From NCBI GenBank assembly GCA_012719135.1, contig JAAYAW010000047.1, forward strand, positions 22,282 to 86,281: a stretch of DNA of 64,000 bases. The letters are read 5' to 3'. The position numbers and the translations under genes are program-made. The stretch's first letter is position 1; every line of letters starts with the position of its first letter. Shown here piece by piece: positions 48,899 to 58,428 of this stretch. Source of the DNA: Chloroflexota bacterium (GTDB lineage Bacteria > Chloroflexota > Anaerolineae > UBA1429). Under the pieces are notes generated by a model. The model saw nothing but the letters and a program-made list of their open reading frames with translations. It searched no databases and was not told the origin of the DNA.

Positions 48899-49461
48899 CG
48901 CGCAGGGGGTCCTTCTTCAGTCCAGGAGACGGGCCGCCCCATCTGCTCGACAGGAGGGTAAGCGCGCCGGACAGCGTAGTAAAGCGGAAGGCCCACCAGC
49001 GCTCCGACGGCCGCCTGGAGAAGGTTGGCGGGTACCTCAGCCAATGGGACGAAAAAGTCGCGCACCAGGATGAGCGCACTGCCCAGGTAATACAGTACGA
49101 CCATGGCCAACGAGCCTACAGCCCAGCCCATGATGAGGTGCGGCAGCGTACGCCTGCGGGCGATCATTCCAATCAGCAGGCCCTCCAGCCCGTGAGCCAG
49201 CAGGCTCAGAGGCGCCCACTGAACATATCCGCCGAAAGCATCCGCCAGCGCGGTGCCGACACCGCCAGCCACCAGCCCGACCCAGGGGCCAAAGGCAAGG
49301 CCCGAGAAGACGATCGCCACATCGGAAAAGTTAAAGTAGCCTTGCGTAGCCGGTATGGGCACACGGATCAGCAGTGTAAACACCGTCGTCACCGCAATCA
49401 TGACGGCCATCAAGGCAACGCGACCGGCGCCATATCTGCCCTTATTATCGTGGTTGCTCAT
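48895..49461 (-). CDS. ECF transporter substrate-specific (S) component, substrate unknown.
   Basis: Six-TM pattern with GYFNFSDVAIVFSGLAFGPWVGLVAGGVGTALADAFGGY, which resembles RibU/ECF-S family proteins. I chose the ATG at 49461. Confidence 0.7.
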   Translation of the reverse strand: MSNHDNKGRYGAGRVALMAVMIAVTTVFTLLIRVPIPATQGYFNFSDVAIVFSGLAFGPWVGLVAGGVGTALADAFGGYVQWAPLSLLAHGLEGLLIGMIARRRTLPHLIMGWAVGSLAMVVLYYLGSALILVRDFFVPLAEVPANLLQAAVGALVGLPLYYAVRRAYPPVEQMGRPVSWTEEGPPAR

Positions 49462-49487
49462 GTCGTCTTCTCCTCGGCCAAAGGGCC

Positions 49488-50945
49488 TCAGCCCTCGGCT
49501 TCCTTGGCACGTTCCCACAGCGCATCCATTTCCTCCATGGCCATCCCCTCGAGAGGGGTGCCAAGGCGATGTGCCTCGGCTTCCATCCAGGCAAAACGGC
49601 GCCGAAAGCGCCCGTTCGCCTGACGAAGCGCGCTCTCTGGATCCAGATCATACCAGCGAGCCACATTGACGAGGCTAAAGAACACGTCTCCCAGCTCGGC
49701 CTCGCGCGCGGTCCGGTCCGGAGCCCCCGCCAGCTCAGCCAGCTCCTCGTCGACCTTGGCGAGCACCTCACCAACCTCCGGCCAGTCAAAGCCGACGCGC
49801 ACCACTCTCTGCTGAATATCCATCGCCTGCGCGAGACTGGGCAGCGCCGTGCTGATGCTGGCCAACATGGAGCGCTGCTCGCCCGGGCGCGACTTGCGTT
49901 CCTCCCGCTTGATCTGCTCCCAGCTGAGCAGCACTTCCTGCGCATCGCTGGCCCGAGCGTCGCCAAACACATGGGGATGCCGCCGGATGAGTTTCTCGAT
50001 TGCGTGCGCCATGCTATCGATGAGGCGGAAGTCGCCGTCCTCGGTGGAGATCTGCGCGTGGAACAGCACCTGCAGCAAGAGATCGCCGAGTTCTTCGCGC
50101 AGAGCGTCGGCATCACCGTCGTCCAGGGCCGCCAGAACCTCGTAGGTCTCCTCCAGAAGGGAGCTGCGCAGCGAATCATGGGTCTGCTCCCGATCCCAAG
50201 GGCATCCATCGGGGGCCCGGAGTCGTGCCACCACATCCTGGTAAGTGGACAGGGAGCCAGGATGGGGCAGTGGGAGGAGGTACAACGAACTCAGGTGGTC
50301 CAGATCATCCTGCCGATCGACCTCAAACAGCGGCATATCTCGCACAATCTGATCGTTCAGGCCGGCACGCATCACCAGACGCGTGGGGTGCTCCTCCGGA
50401 TAGAGAGCCAGCAGCGTGAGTTTGGCGTCGGCAGCCATCTGTCGGTTGTACAGCTGAACAACGAGCGCAGGCACGTCAGGATCCAACGGCGGATGCAGAC
50501 GGGCAGCCAGCAGTGTGGCATCCACGATCTGGAGTCCGTCGAAAGGATCGCAGCCGAGAGCCTGGCAGGTGGGTTCGATGAAGGAAAGCCCGGGGTACAG
50601 GCGTACGGCGACCCCCTCAGCGGCAGCCTGCTCGCGTATCATCTGCACCGTGCGCTCGCCAACAGCCGGATCGCCAGGGACAGCATACACCACCCCTTGC
50701 TCGCGCCGCCCCAACGCCAGTACGCGAGCGGCAATATCGGCATAGACGCCCTCAAAGGCGGCATGTGCCTCGTAGCAGTCATCAAAACTGTGATACGTGA
50801 CGCCCTTGGGGAGCGCCGGAACGCAGGGATGGTGTTGCGTGCGCAGGTACACTTCCGACGCGCTGGACAATCTGTCCCAGACCTGCCGGGTGAGAAGGTT
50901 GGCATCTCCGGGCCCGAGCCCGACGATATCGATCGATCCAGTCAT
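49488..50945 (-). CDS. mazG: YabN-type fusion: tetrapyrrole-methylase-like domain plus MazG nucleoside triphosphate pyrophosphohydrolase.
   Basis: IDIVGLGPGDANLLT. MazG motifs: CPWDREQTHDSLRSSLLEETYEVLAAL...EELGDLLLQV and a second EELAELAGA...ELGDVFFSLVNVAR. Confidence 0.9.
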   Translation of the reverse strand: MTGSIDIVGLGPGDANLLTRQVWDRLSSASEVYLRTQHHPCVPALPKGVTYHSFDDCYEAHAAFEGVYADIAARVLALGRREQGVVYAVPGDPAVGERTVQMIREQAAAEGVAVRLYPGLSFIEPTCQALGCDPFDGLQIVDATLLAARLHPPLDPDVPALVVQLYNRQMAADAKLTLLALYPEEHPTRLVMRAGLNDQIVRDMPLFEVDRQDDLDHLSSLYLLPLPHPGSLSTYQDVVARLRAPDGCPWDREQTHDSLRSSLLEETYEVLAALDDGDADALREELGDLLLQVLFHAQISTEDGDFRLIDSMAHAIEKLIRRHPHVFGDARASDAQEVLLSWEQIKREERKSRPGEQRSMLASISTALPSLAQAMDIQQRVVRVGFDWPEVGEVLAKVDEELAELAGAPDRTAREAELGDVFFSLVNVARWYDLDPESALRQANGRFRRRFAWMEAEAHRLGTPLEGMAMEEMDALWERAKEAEG

Positions 50946-51083
50946 GACAAGACCGCCTCTCATGGGTTACTGACGGATTATAGTACTGCAGCCGCCCCGG
51001 ACCAATCGGCCGCCACCATTCGGCATCGACCCTTTGACCAACGTCTCTACATAATCTCGAGGGTAGTCTGTAGCGACTGCCTG

Positions 51084-51092
51084 TGATATACT
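51084..51092 (+). promoter_or_regulatory. Extended -10 element placed so that rel could be a leaderless mRNA.
   Basis: TGaTATACT ends 6 nt before the ATG at 51099. There is no Shine-Dalgarno in the intervening TGCGTC. Confidence 0.3.
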
Positions 51093-51098
51093 TGCGTC

Positions 51099-53261
51099 AT
51101 GACAAGCACCGTTGAGACCAGTCTGGACACCCTGACGGCGGAGTTGCTGGATCGCGTTGAGAGGTCATTCCCTAGCGCAGTCGAGCGGGTTACTCATGCC
51201 ATCTCCTACGCCCGAGAAGCACACGGCGAACAGCTGCGCGCCTCCGGCGAGCCGTATTTCATACACCCACTCGAAGTGGCCATCATCCTGCTGGATCTGG
51301 GGATGGATGAGGACTCGGTGATTGCCGCGTTGCTGCATGACGTCATAGAGGACACGCCCGCAACGAGGAACGATCTGACCGAGACCTTTGGGGATACGGT
51401 CACCACCCTGGTGGAGGGCGTCAGCAAGCTCAAGCGCGTCAAGGCCAAGAGCCGAGTAGATCACTCTGACCTCGACGAGGAACAGGCCGAGAACCTGCGT
51501 AAAATGGTCCTCGCCATGGTCGACGACGTCCGGGTGGTGATCATCAAACTGGCGGACCGGCTGCACAACATGCGCACGCTCGGTTACCTGCCGCCGGAGC
51601 GCCAGGCGCGGGTGGCCCGCGAGACGATGGACATCTTTGCTCCACTGGCGAACCGGCTGGGTATCTGGCAGCTCAAGTGGCAGCTGGAGGATCTGGCCTT
51701 TCGGTATCTGGAGCCCGAGCAGTACTATGCCATCGCGCGGTTGGTGGCACAGCAGCGCGCCCAGCGCTCCACGTACCTGGAGCATGCGCTTGCCATTCTC
51801 CGCAGCCGGCTGGATCAAGAGGGGCTGCACTACCGGATCACCGGGCGCTCCAAGCATCTCTACAGCATCTACCACAAGATGCAGGAGAAAGATCGCGAGT
51901 TCGACCAGATATATGATCTCCATGGCATTCGGGTCATCGTGGAGCAGGAACGCGAGTGCTATCACGCTCTGGGGGCCATCCACAGCCTTTGGAGGCCGAT
52001 CGCCGGTGAGTTTGACGACTATATCGCGCTGCCCAAGGATAACGGGTACCAGTCCCTGCACACGGCCGTGATTGCGCTGGAGGGGCGCCCCCTGGAAGTC
52101 CAGATTCGTACCGAGGGCATGCACCAGGTGGCCGAGTACGGCGTGGCCGCACATTGGCGGTACAAGGAAGGGCTGAACCGCGACCTCAAGCTGGAGCAGA
52201 GGCTGAACCTGCTGCTTCAGGCACGTGAGCTGCCAGAGGAATCTGAGAATGCCCTGCAGTTCGCGACGGCGCTGAAAGGCGATCTGTTCGCGGAGCGGGT
52301 TTACGTCTTTACCCCCAAGGGCGATATCGTGGATCTGCCTGCCGGATCCACACCGGTGGACTTTGCCTACCTGATCCATAGCGAGATCGGCCATCGTTGC
52401 CGAGGAGCCAAGATCGATGGTCGCCTCGTCTCCCTGGATTACCAGTTGCACACAGGTGACCAGGTCGAGATCGTCACCGCCAAGCAGGGTGGGCCCAGCC
52501 GGGACTGGCTGAACCCCCATCTGAACTATGTGGCCACGCAACGCGCCCGGCAAAAGATCAGGCGCTGGTTCCGCGCCCAGGAGCGGGAGCAGAACATCGG
52601 TCAGGGACGCGAGTTGCTCGATCGCGAGTTGCGCCGGCTCGGGTTCGACCAGGAAGCCTACGCCGAGATCGCAGCGCTCTTTGGCTTTGACTCTGTCGAG
52701 GATTTCCTGGAGGCGCTCGGATACGGGGATATCAGCGCCTCGCAGATTGCCACCAAGATCGACCAGGCCTCGGGCAAGAGCGAGAAGCTGCGCTTCCAGG
52801 CGATCCCGGAGCGGGCTGTCACCGATATCCGCGTCAAGGGCGTCGGCGATCTTTACACAAGGATGGCGACGTGCTGTACCCCGGTGCCAGGGGATAGCAT
52901 CATTGGCTATATCACGCGCGGAAAGGGCGTTACGGTCCACCGCCTGGATTGCCCCAATGTCGTACACATGCAGGACCGGGAGCGCCTGGTCAGCGTGTCC
53001 TGGGGAGAGGCGCGTGACCGGTACCCCGTTCAGATCGAGATTCAGGGGATAGATCGACGCGGGCTCCTGCGGGATATCGCCGCCGAGATCGCCGACCTGG
53101 GCATCAACATGAGCTCCGCCCATGTGACCACCCACAGCGACAACACGGCCACGGTGGCGCTCACCGTCGGAGTTGAGGGCGTCAGCCAGCTGTCTGTTGC
53201 GATGAGCCGGTTACAGGGCATTCGCGATGTGCTGGATGTGCGCCGACAGCGCTCGGGCTAG
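51099..53261 (+). CDS. rel: Bifunctional (p)ppGpp synthetase/hydrolase (RelA/SpoT homologue).
   Basis: HD domain (HPLEVAIIL...LHDVIEDT), synthetase (RSKHLYSIYHKM...DLHGIRVIV...GYQSLHT), and TGS, ZFD (CCTPVPGD) and ACT regions. Confidence 0.95.
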   Translation: MTSTVETSLDTLTAELLDRVERSFPSAVERVTHAISYAREAHGEQLRASGEPYFIHPLEVAIILLDLGMDEDSVIAALLHDVIEDTPATRNDLTETFGDTVTTLVEGVSKLKRVKAKSRVDHSDLDEEQAENLRKMVLAMVDDVRVVIIKLADRLHNMRTLGYLPPERQARVARETMDIFAPLANRLGIWQLKWQLEDLAFRYLEPEQYYAIARLVAQQRAQRSTYLEHALAILRSRLDQEGLHYRITGRSKHLYSIYHKMQEKDREFDQIYDLHGIRVIVEQERECYHALGAIHSLWRPIAGEFDDYIALPKDNGYQSLHTAVIALEGRPLEVQIRTEGMHQVAEYGVAAHWRYKEGLNRDLKLEQRLNLLLQARELPEESENALQFATALKGDLFAERVYVFTPKGDIVDLPAGSTPVDFAYLIHSEIGHRCRGAKIDGRLVSLDYQLHTGDQVEIVTAKQGGPSRDWLNPHLNYVATQRARQKIRRWFRAQEREQNIGQGRELLDRELRRLGFDQEAYAEIAALFGFDSVEDFLEALGYGDISASQIATKIDQASGKSEKLRFQAIPERAVTDIRVKGVGDLYTRMATCCTPVPGDSIIGYITRGKGVTVHRLDCPNVVHMQDRERLVSVSWGEARDRYPVQIEIQGIDRRGLLRDIAAEIADLGINMSSAHVTTHSDNTATVALTVGVEGVSQLSVAMSRLQGIRDVLDVRRQRSG

Positions 53262-53283
53262 AAGCCTCTTCTTCAGAGACGCA

Positions 53284-53311
53284 AACAGGGCGCCCCAACG
53301 GGCGCCCTGTT
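53284..53311. terminator. Bidirectional terminator-like hairpin between the convergent rel and PPIase genes.
   Basis: AACAGGGCGCCC-CAAC-GGGCGCCCTGTT forms a 12-bp perfect stem. Confidence 0.5.
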
Positions 53312-53330
53312 ACGTTCCTCGCGCGACGAA

Positions 53331-54578
53331 TCAGCCGGCCGCGTACGGGTCGTCCGGAACATCGTTGAGGCTGAAAGCACGGACCACGTCTTCGGCGGAC
53401 GTTCGTTCCGAGTACCAAGTCTCCAGCAACGCATCCTGGAAGCGAACCAGAGCATCATCTTCCAAGGGCCGCTCTAGCTCGCGCTCAAGCACCTCTATGA
53501 TGTGATACCCATAGTCAGAAGCCACCGGCTCGCTGATCGTGCCGGGCTCGAGGCTGAACGCCGCCTCCTCGAAAGCAGCGACCATGGTTCCCCGGGCGAA
53601 CCAGCCGAGATCACCGCCCTCCGCCGCACTCACGGAATCGGTCGATAGCTCCGCCGCCAGCGCATCAAAGGCCTCGCCAGCCTCCAGGCGCGCCATGGTC
53701 TGCCGGGCTTCCTCCTCGGTGGCCACCAGTATATGGCGAGCATGCACCTGCTCCGTGGCCGTGGCCATCTCCGCCTTCAGGGCTTGCTCAACCTTGTCCT
53801 GTAGGAGCGAGGACTCGATCAGCCGCAGGAACTCAGATCTCGAAAAGCCCACTTCATCCTCGATGGTCTCGAAGAAAAGCGCCTGACGCTCCTCATACTC
53901 CTCGGCCGTCATCGGCACCTCGGTCGGATAGGGCGTGGGAGTCGCGCTCGCTTCGGTGGGCGTCAACACACCCGTGGGCGAGATGGTCTCGCTCCCGGTG
54001 ATCTCCGCCGAAGGAAGGACGGCAAGCGCCTCATCAGTGTCGGACTCTGCTGGCTCCTGGGGGGGACTGGCCGCGCCCGGGTCATAGCCAAACTGCTCCT
54101 GCAGAGCGCTCTCCACCTCATCCTCGGTGACGGAGATGTCCCGGCGGGCGGCCTCCTGGCGAATGACCAGATCCCTAATCATCTGCTCGTATACCGTGCT
54201 GGGGAGCAGGCTGTAGCTCTGCTGTACCTCAGATATCTGCGAGTCCAGATAGTCCACCAGCCACTCTTGCCCCTCCGTCGCGCTGTACATCTGGCGCTGC
54301 TGGTCCAGCGTTTGCAGGTACATCTGCGAATCATAGCGACGATAGTTGAGGAGCTTGGCATAATCCTGCGCACGGATCACGTCTTCGCCAACGGTGGCGA
54401 TGGGGCGTGACGGCTTGAGGACCAGCGTATCGACCAGGCCCCAGGCCAAAAGCAGCAGAACCAGGGCAAAGGTCGCGCCCATGCCGATATAGAGGTAACG
54501 CCTCATGCGGCGCTCCCTTTCCAGGCGCGACACGCTCTTGCGGTTAGGCTGCTGCGGCTGCGTCGTCCGTTTGGCCAT
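53331..54578 (-). CDS. Membrane-anchored parvulin-type peptidyl-prolyl isomerase (PrsA/SurA-like).
   Basis: N-terminal TM segment (YLYIGMGATFALVLLLLAW). Parvulin domain: HARHILV...GGDLGWFARGTMVAAFEEAAF...SDYGYHIIEV. Confidence 0.85.
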   Translation of the reverse strand: MAKRTTQPQQPNRKSVSRLERERRMRRYLYIGMGATFALVLLLLAWGLVDTLVLKPSRPIATVGEDVIRAQDYAKLLNYRRYDSQMYLQTLDQQRQMYSATEGQEWLVDYLDSQISEVQQSYSLLPSTVYEQMIRDLVIRQEAARRDISVTEDEVESALQEQFGYDPGAASPPQEPAESDTDEALAVLPSAEITGSETISPTGVLTPTEASATPTPYPTEVPMTAEEYEERQALFFETIEDEVGFSRSEFLRLIESSLLQDKVEQALKAEMATATEQVHARHILVATEEEARQTMARLEAGEAFDALAAELSTDSVSAAEGGDLGWFARGTMVAAFEEAAFSLEPGTISEPVASDYGYHIIEVLERELERPLEDDALVRFQDALLETWYSERTSAEDVVRAFSLNDVPDDPYAAG

Positions 54579-54677
54579 GCCTCATACCTCCGGCGACCGG
54601 GATAGAGAAACCAGGGCACAGGATACACCATCCCATGCCCTGGCAAAGCTCACTAAATCGATTAACCCGCGTGCAGC

Positions 54678-55007
54678 CTAGCGGGCGTGCGTCGGCGCAA
54701 AGGGCAGCAGCGCGAGATGGCGGGCACGTTTGATGGACCGCGAAAGCATCCGCTGGTGCTTGGCGCACGTACCGGTACGCCTCCGAGGCGAGATGGCGCC
54801 GCTGCGCGACACGAACTGCTGGAGCAGGCGGACGTCCTTGTAGTCCACGCTATCGGCCTTATCTGCGCAAAACTGGCATACGCGCCGGCGCCGACCGCGG
54901 CCACCGCCGCCACCGCGCGCACGATTGTACGAACGACCACCACCGCCGGAGCGATCGTCACGACGCTCTCGGCTATCACTTCCCTGACGTCTGTATTCGT
55001 CTGACAA
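54678..55007 (-). CDS. rpsR: 30S ribosomal protein S18 with an Arg/Gly-rich N-terminal extension.
   Basis: [63 protein letters not shown] start with an AGGGGGA Shine-Dalgarno. Confidence 0.95.
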   Translation of the reverse strand: MSDEYRRQGSDSRERRDDRSGGGGRSYNRARGGGGGRGRRRRVCQFCADKADSVDYKDVRLLQQFVSRSGAISPRRRTGTCAKHQRMLSRSIKRARHLALLPFAPTHAR

Positions 55008-55069
55008 AGTTCCCCCTAAAGCCCTCGAAGGGCGCGTATGTGATGATGCGAGGCCGTCTCCCGGGCCGC

Positions 55070-55507
55070 TCAGGCCTCGGGTGCGTCCTCAGCCAACTCG
55101 TCGGCAAGCTCTGCCGCCAGCTGATCCGCGTCGACGTTCTCTTCCTCTTCCACTGCTTCGGCTTCCTCGGCCCCTTCAGGGGCCTCCTCAGTAGCCTCTT
55201 CAGCCGGAGCAGGCTCCATCAACTCATCCATACGAATGGTGAGATAGCGCAGAACATCTTCTGAGAGCTTTAGGCGTCGATCGACCTCGCTCAGAGCAGC
55301 GTTCTCCATGTTGGCATGGAGCAGCACATAGTGCCCTTCGGTCGTCTTCTTGATGGGGTAGGCAAGCCGGCGACGCCCCATGTGCTCGATGTCGACGATC
55401 TGCCCGCCGGCATCAGCGATCATCGCCGTCAGCCCACTGATGAAGGCATCCAGGCCATCTTCATCAAAACCAGGCTGAACAACCAGAACCATTTCATACG
55501 TACGCAA
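55070..55507 (-). CDS. rpsF: 30S ribosomal protein S6 with a long acidic C-terminal tail.
   Basis: [12 protein letters not shown]...[12 protein letters not shown]...GHYVLL. TTG start with a GGAAGGAG Shine-Dalgarno 7 nt upstream. Confidence 0.95.
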   Translation of the reverse strand: MRTYEMVLVVQPGFDEDGLDAFISGLTAMIADAGGQIVDIEHMGRRRLAYPIKKTTEGHYVLLHANMENAALSEVDRRLKLSEDVLRYLTIRMDELMEPAPAEEATEEAPEGAEEAEAVEEEENVDADQLAAELADELAEDAPEA

Positions 55508-55653
55508 GTGTAGTCTCCTTCCTACGGAGGTGCCCCGGTCATACGCCGAAGCAGAAAGGTAAGAGGCCGTCCCACGGTGGGCCGGTCAAAGCGACCTGTA
55601 GTGTAGCACTCTGAGCGTTGTCTGCCAAACCACACGCCCCTCCGTAGATCCGC

Positions 55654-55682
55654 TTGGTGGGCGCGCGAGTCACGCGTACAAT
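55654..55682 (+). promoter_or_regulatory. Candidate promoter for tldD-pmbA.
   Basis: TTGGTG, 17-nt spacer, TACAAT. It lies about 38 nt upstream of the ATG at 55721. Confidence 0.35.
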
Positions 55683-55720
55683 GAGAATCACTCTATCTGG
55701 AATCGGAAAGGCAGCGGACT

Positions 55721-57091
55721 ATGCCGATGGATCATATCGAGCGCGCGCTGGCGAGCAATCGTGCAGACTATTGCGAGATTCGGCTCGAAAGGCGCATAAC
55801 CACACGCATCATCTATCACGGCCGCCGGCTGGAGACGGTGAGCACCGTCGTGAACGAAGGCGGCATCGTGCGCGCCCTGTCCAGCGACGGTGGCTGGGGC
55901 ATGAGCACCTTCAACAGCCTGGATGACCTGACCACTCGTGTGGAGCAGGCCCATGCCAGCGCCAGGCTGGTGCCGCGCCGTGAGATCCATCTGGCTTCCC
56001 ACCCGGTCATCGTGGATGTGGCGCCGGCCTCGCCCGCGCTGGATGGTGAGGGGATCACGCTGGAACAGCAGCACGACCTGGCGAACCGCTACAATGGCAT
56101 CCTCCTCGGGTACCCGCAGATCGTGGATACGCAGGCCGCCTACATCGACCAGCACATCACCTTGACCTATGCGAATTCAGAAGGGACGCGGATCATCGAG
56201 GAACGCCCGATGGCGATGGTCTCCCTATCCGCCACAGCGCGTGACGGCACGAATGTGCAGCGAGCTGGAGACGGCACTTCCTCGGCGGATGGCTATCCGG
56301 CCATGCTGCAGCTGGATGACCTTGCGAGACGAGTGGCCACGCGCGCCACGGACCTCCTTTCGGCGCAGACGGTTGTGGGGGGTGTCTACCCCGTCATTTG
56401 CGACCCGCGCCTGGCGGGGGTGTTCGTGCACGAGGCGTTCGGGCATCTCTCCGAGGCTGACTTTGTCTACGCCAACCCGCAGGCGCGGGACATGATGGTG
56501 CTGGGCCGGCGCTTTGGCCGTGAGAACCTGAACATCATCGACGATGGCTCACTGCCGGGCCAGCGGGGCACGCTACGCTACGATGATGAGGGCACGCCGC
56601 CCCAGCGCACGCCTCTGGTAGAGCGGGGGATCCTGGTCGGCCGGCTACATTCGCGTGAGACCGCCGCAGCCATGGGAGAAGCACCCACCGGAAACGCACG
56701 CGCAACCGACTTTCGCTTCCCCCCGATCGTGCGCATGACCAATACCTACATCGAGCCTCAAGATGCCTCCTTCGAGGAGATGATCGCGGATATCGATCTG
56801 GGCGTCTATGCCTGCGACGCGATCGGGGGACAGACCATGCTCGAGACCTTTTCTTTCAGTGCGGGCCACGGCTATATGATCCGGCAGGGGCAGCTGGCCG
56901 AGATGGTGAGGGACGTGGTCCTGGCCGGGAACCTCTTCAGCACCCTGGCGAACATCGACGCTATCGGCAGTGACCTCGCCTTTTCGCGGTCGGGCAGTTG
57001 TGGCAAAGGGCAGGGCGGCGGCCTTCCGGTTGGGATCGGAGCACCGCACATCCGCATACAAGACGTCGCCATGGGAGGTCGCCAGGCATGA
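55721..57091 (+). CDS. tldD: TldD-family metalloprotease.
   Basis: HEAFGHLSEADF metal-binding motif and a C-terminal GxC...G motif (SGSCGKGQG). Confidence 0.9.
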   Translation: MPMDHIERALASNRADYCEIRLERRITTRIIYHGRRLETVSTVVNEGGIVRALSSDGGWGMSTFNSLDDLTTRVEQAHASARLVPRREIHLASHPVIVDVAPASPALDGEGITLEQQHDLANRYNGILLGYPQIVDTQAAYIDQHITLTYANSEGTRIIEERPMAMVSLSATARDGTNVQRAGDGTSSADGYPAMLQLDDLARRVATRATDLLSAQTVVGGVYPVICDPRLAGVFVHEAFGHLSEADFVYANPQARDMMVLGRRFGRENLNIIDDGSLPGQRGTLRYDDEGTPPQRTPLVERGILVGRLHSRETAAAMGEAPTGNARATDFRFPPIVRMTNTYIEPQDASFEEMIADIDLGVYACDAIGGQTMLETFSFSAGHGYMIRQGQLAEMVRDVVLAGNLFSTLANIDAIGSDLAFSRSGSCGKGQGGGLPVGIGAPHIRIQDVAMGGRQA

Positions 57092-58413
57092 GTGCGCAGA
57101 ACCAGCATCTCGAGGATCTGCTTAGCGCCCTGTCGCGCAAGGCTGAACAGGCCGAGGTCTTTGCGGTCGAGAGCGAGTCCACCTCAATCAGTTTCGAGGC
57201 GGGCGAACTCAAGTCCTCACTGGTGGAGGAGACCCGCGGTATCGCCCTGCGTGGCCTGGTGAACGGGCGCGTGGGATTCACGGCGACGAGCGGCAGCGCC
57301 GATCCTGAGCCCCTCGTGGAACGAGCCGTGGCATCGGCCCGGTTCGGTGAGCCCGTGTCCCTGGCGTTACCCGGAGCCCTGCCCGGGCGCTCGGTGAGCG
57401 CCTGGGACGCAAGCCTGGCCGAGGTACCGCTCGACCGGTTGGTGGAGGTGGGACGCGAGGTGATCGCGCGGCTGAGGGAGGCGGATCCGTCTGCCAAGAT
57501 CGATGTGGATATCGAGCGCACGAACATGCGCGCCACGCTATGCAACAGCGCCGGCGCACACGTAGACCAGCAGGCCAGCGCCTTCCACGTCGTGATGAGC
57601 GTGGAGAGACTGCGCGGAGATGACGTGCTGATGGCGCATGACTCGGCCAGCAGCACCAGCCTGACGGAGGACTATCGCGAGGCTGCCGAACGCCTGGCCT
57701 GGCGCATCGCTACGGCGGACCGTTCGGCTGAAGCCGATTCCGGCCAGATGCCGGTGCTGTTCACCCCGGCAGGATCTATGGTTCTACTGCTTCCTCTCCT
57801 GATGGCGGTGAACGGCCAGAACGTGCAGAGAGGGACCTCCCCGCTGGCCGACCGCGCCGGCGAACAGATCCTGGATACGCGATTCACACTCTGGGACGAT
57901 CCGACGGTGCCCGGCCGGCCGGCCAGCGCTGCCTACGATGATGAGGGCGTCCCCTGCTACCGCAAAGCGCTCTTCCGGCAGGGGGTCCTGGAGAGCTTTC
58001 TGCTCGACCTCAAGACGGCAGCGCTCCTGGGCACTGCGAGCACCGGTAACGGCGCACGGGGCCTCTTTTCGCTTCCGACACCCTCCGCTGCGAACCTGGT
58101 GATGGACGCGGGGGAGAGGCCGCTGGAGGACATGATCTCAGACGTGGAGCGGGGCCTCCTCGTGGATTCGGTGTTGGGCCTTGGGCAGGGGAACCCGCTG
58201 AGCGGGGCGTTCTCCAACCCGGTGGGCCTGGCCTATGTGATCGAGCATGGCGAGATCACCGGCCGGGTCAAGGGTCTCTCGCTGGCAGGGAACGTGTATG
58301 AGTTGCTCCGCACCATCGGCGGGACGAGCGTCGAGAGACAATGGGTACGCGGCCGTTACCTGTTGCCGCACATCCTGCTGCCCAAAGTCGACGTGGTACG
58401 GAGCAAGGCCTGA
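57088..58413 (+). CDS. pmbA: PmbA/TldE-family protein, partner of TldD.
   Basis: ATGA overlap with tldD. Family-typical C-terminal part: GNGARG...VDSVLGLGQGNPLSGAFS...GEITGRVKG. Confidence 0.9.
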   Translation: MSAQNQHLEDLLSALSRKAEQAEVFAVESESTSISFEAGELKSSLVEETRGIALRGLVNGRVGFTATSGSADPEPLVERAVASARFGEPVSLALPGALPGRSVSAWDASLAEVPLDRLVEVGREVIARLREADPSAKIDVDIERTNMRATLCNSAGAHVDQQASAFHVVMSVERLRGDDVLMAHDSASSTSLTEDYREAAERLAWRIATADRSAEADSGQMPVLFTPAGSMVLLLPLLMAVNGQNVQRGTSPLADRAGEQILDTRFTLWDDPTVPGRPASAAYDDEGVPCYRKALFRQGVLESFLLDLKTAALLGTASTGNGARGLFSLPTPSAANLVMDAGERPLEDMISDVERGLLVDSVLGLGQGNPLSGAFSNPVGLAYVIEHGEITGRVKGLSLAGNVYELLRTIGGTSVERQWVRGRYLLPHILLPKVDVVRSKA

Positions 58414-58428
58414 GAGGGCGTATACCCG

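Noticed and set aside
51165-53135. 656-aa ORF antisense to rel.
   Set aside because: The sense strand encodes a complete, motif-rich RelA/SpoT homologue. The antisense product has no recognisable domain and is an artefact of GC-rich codon usage.
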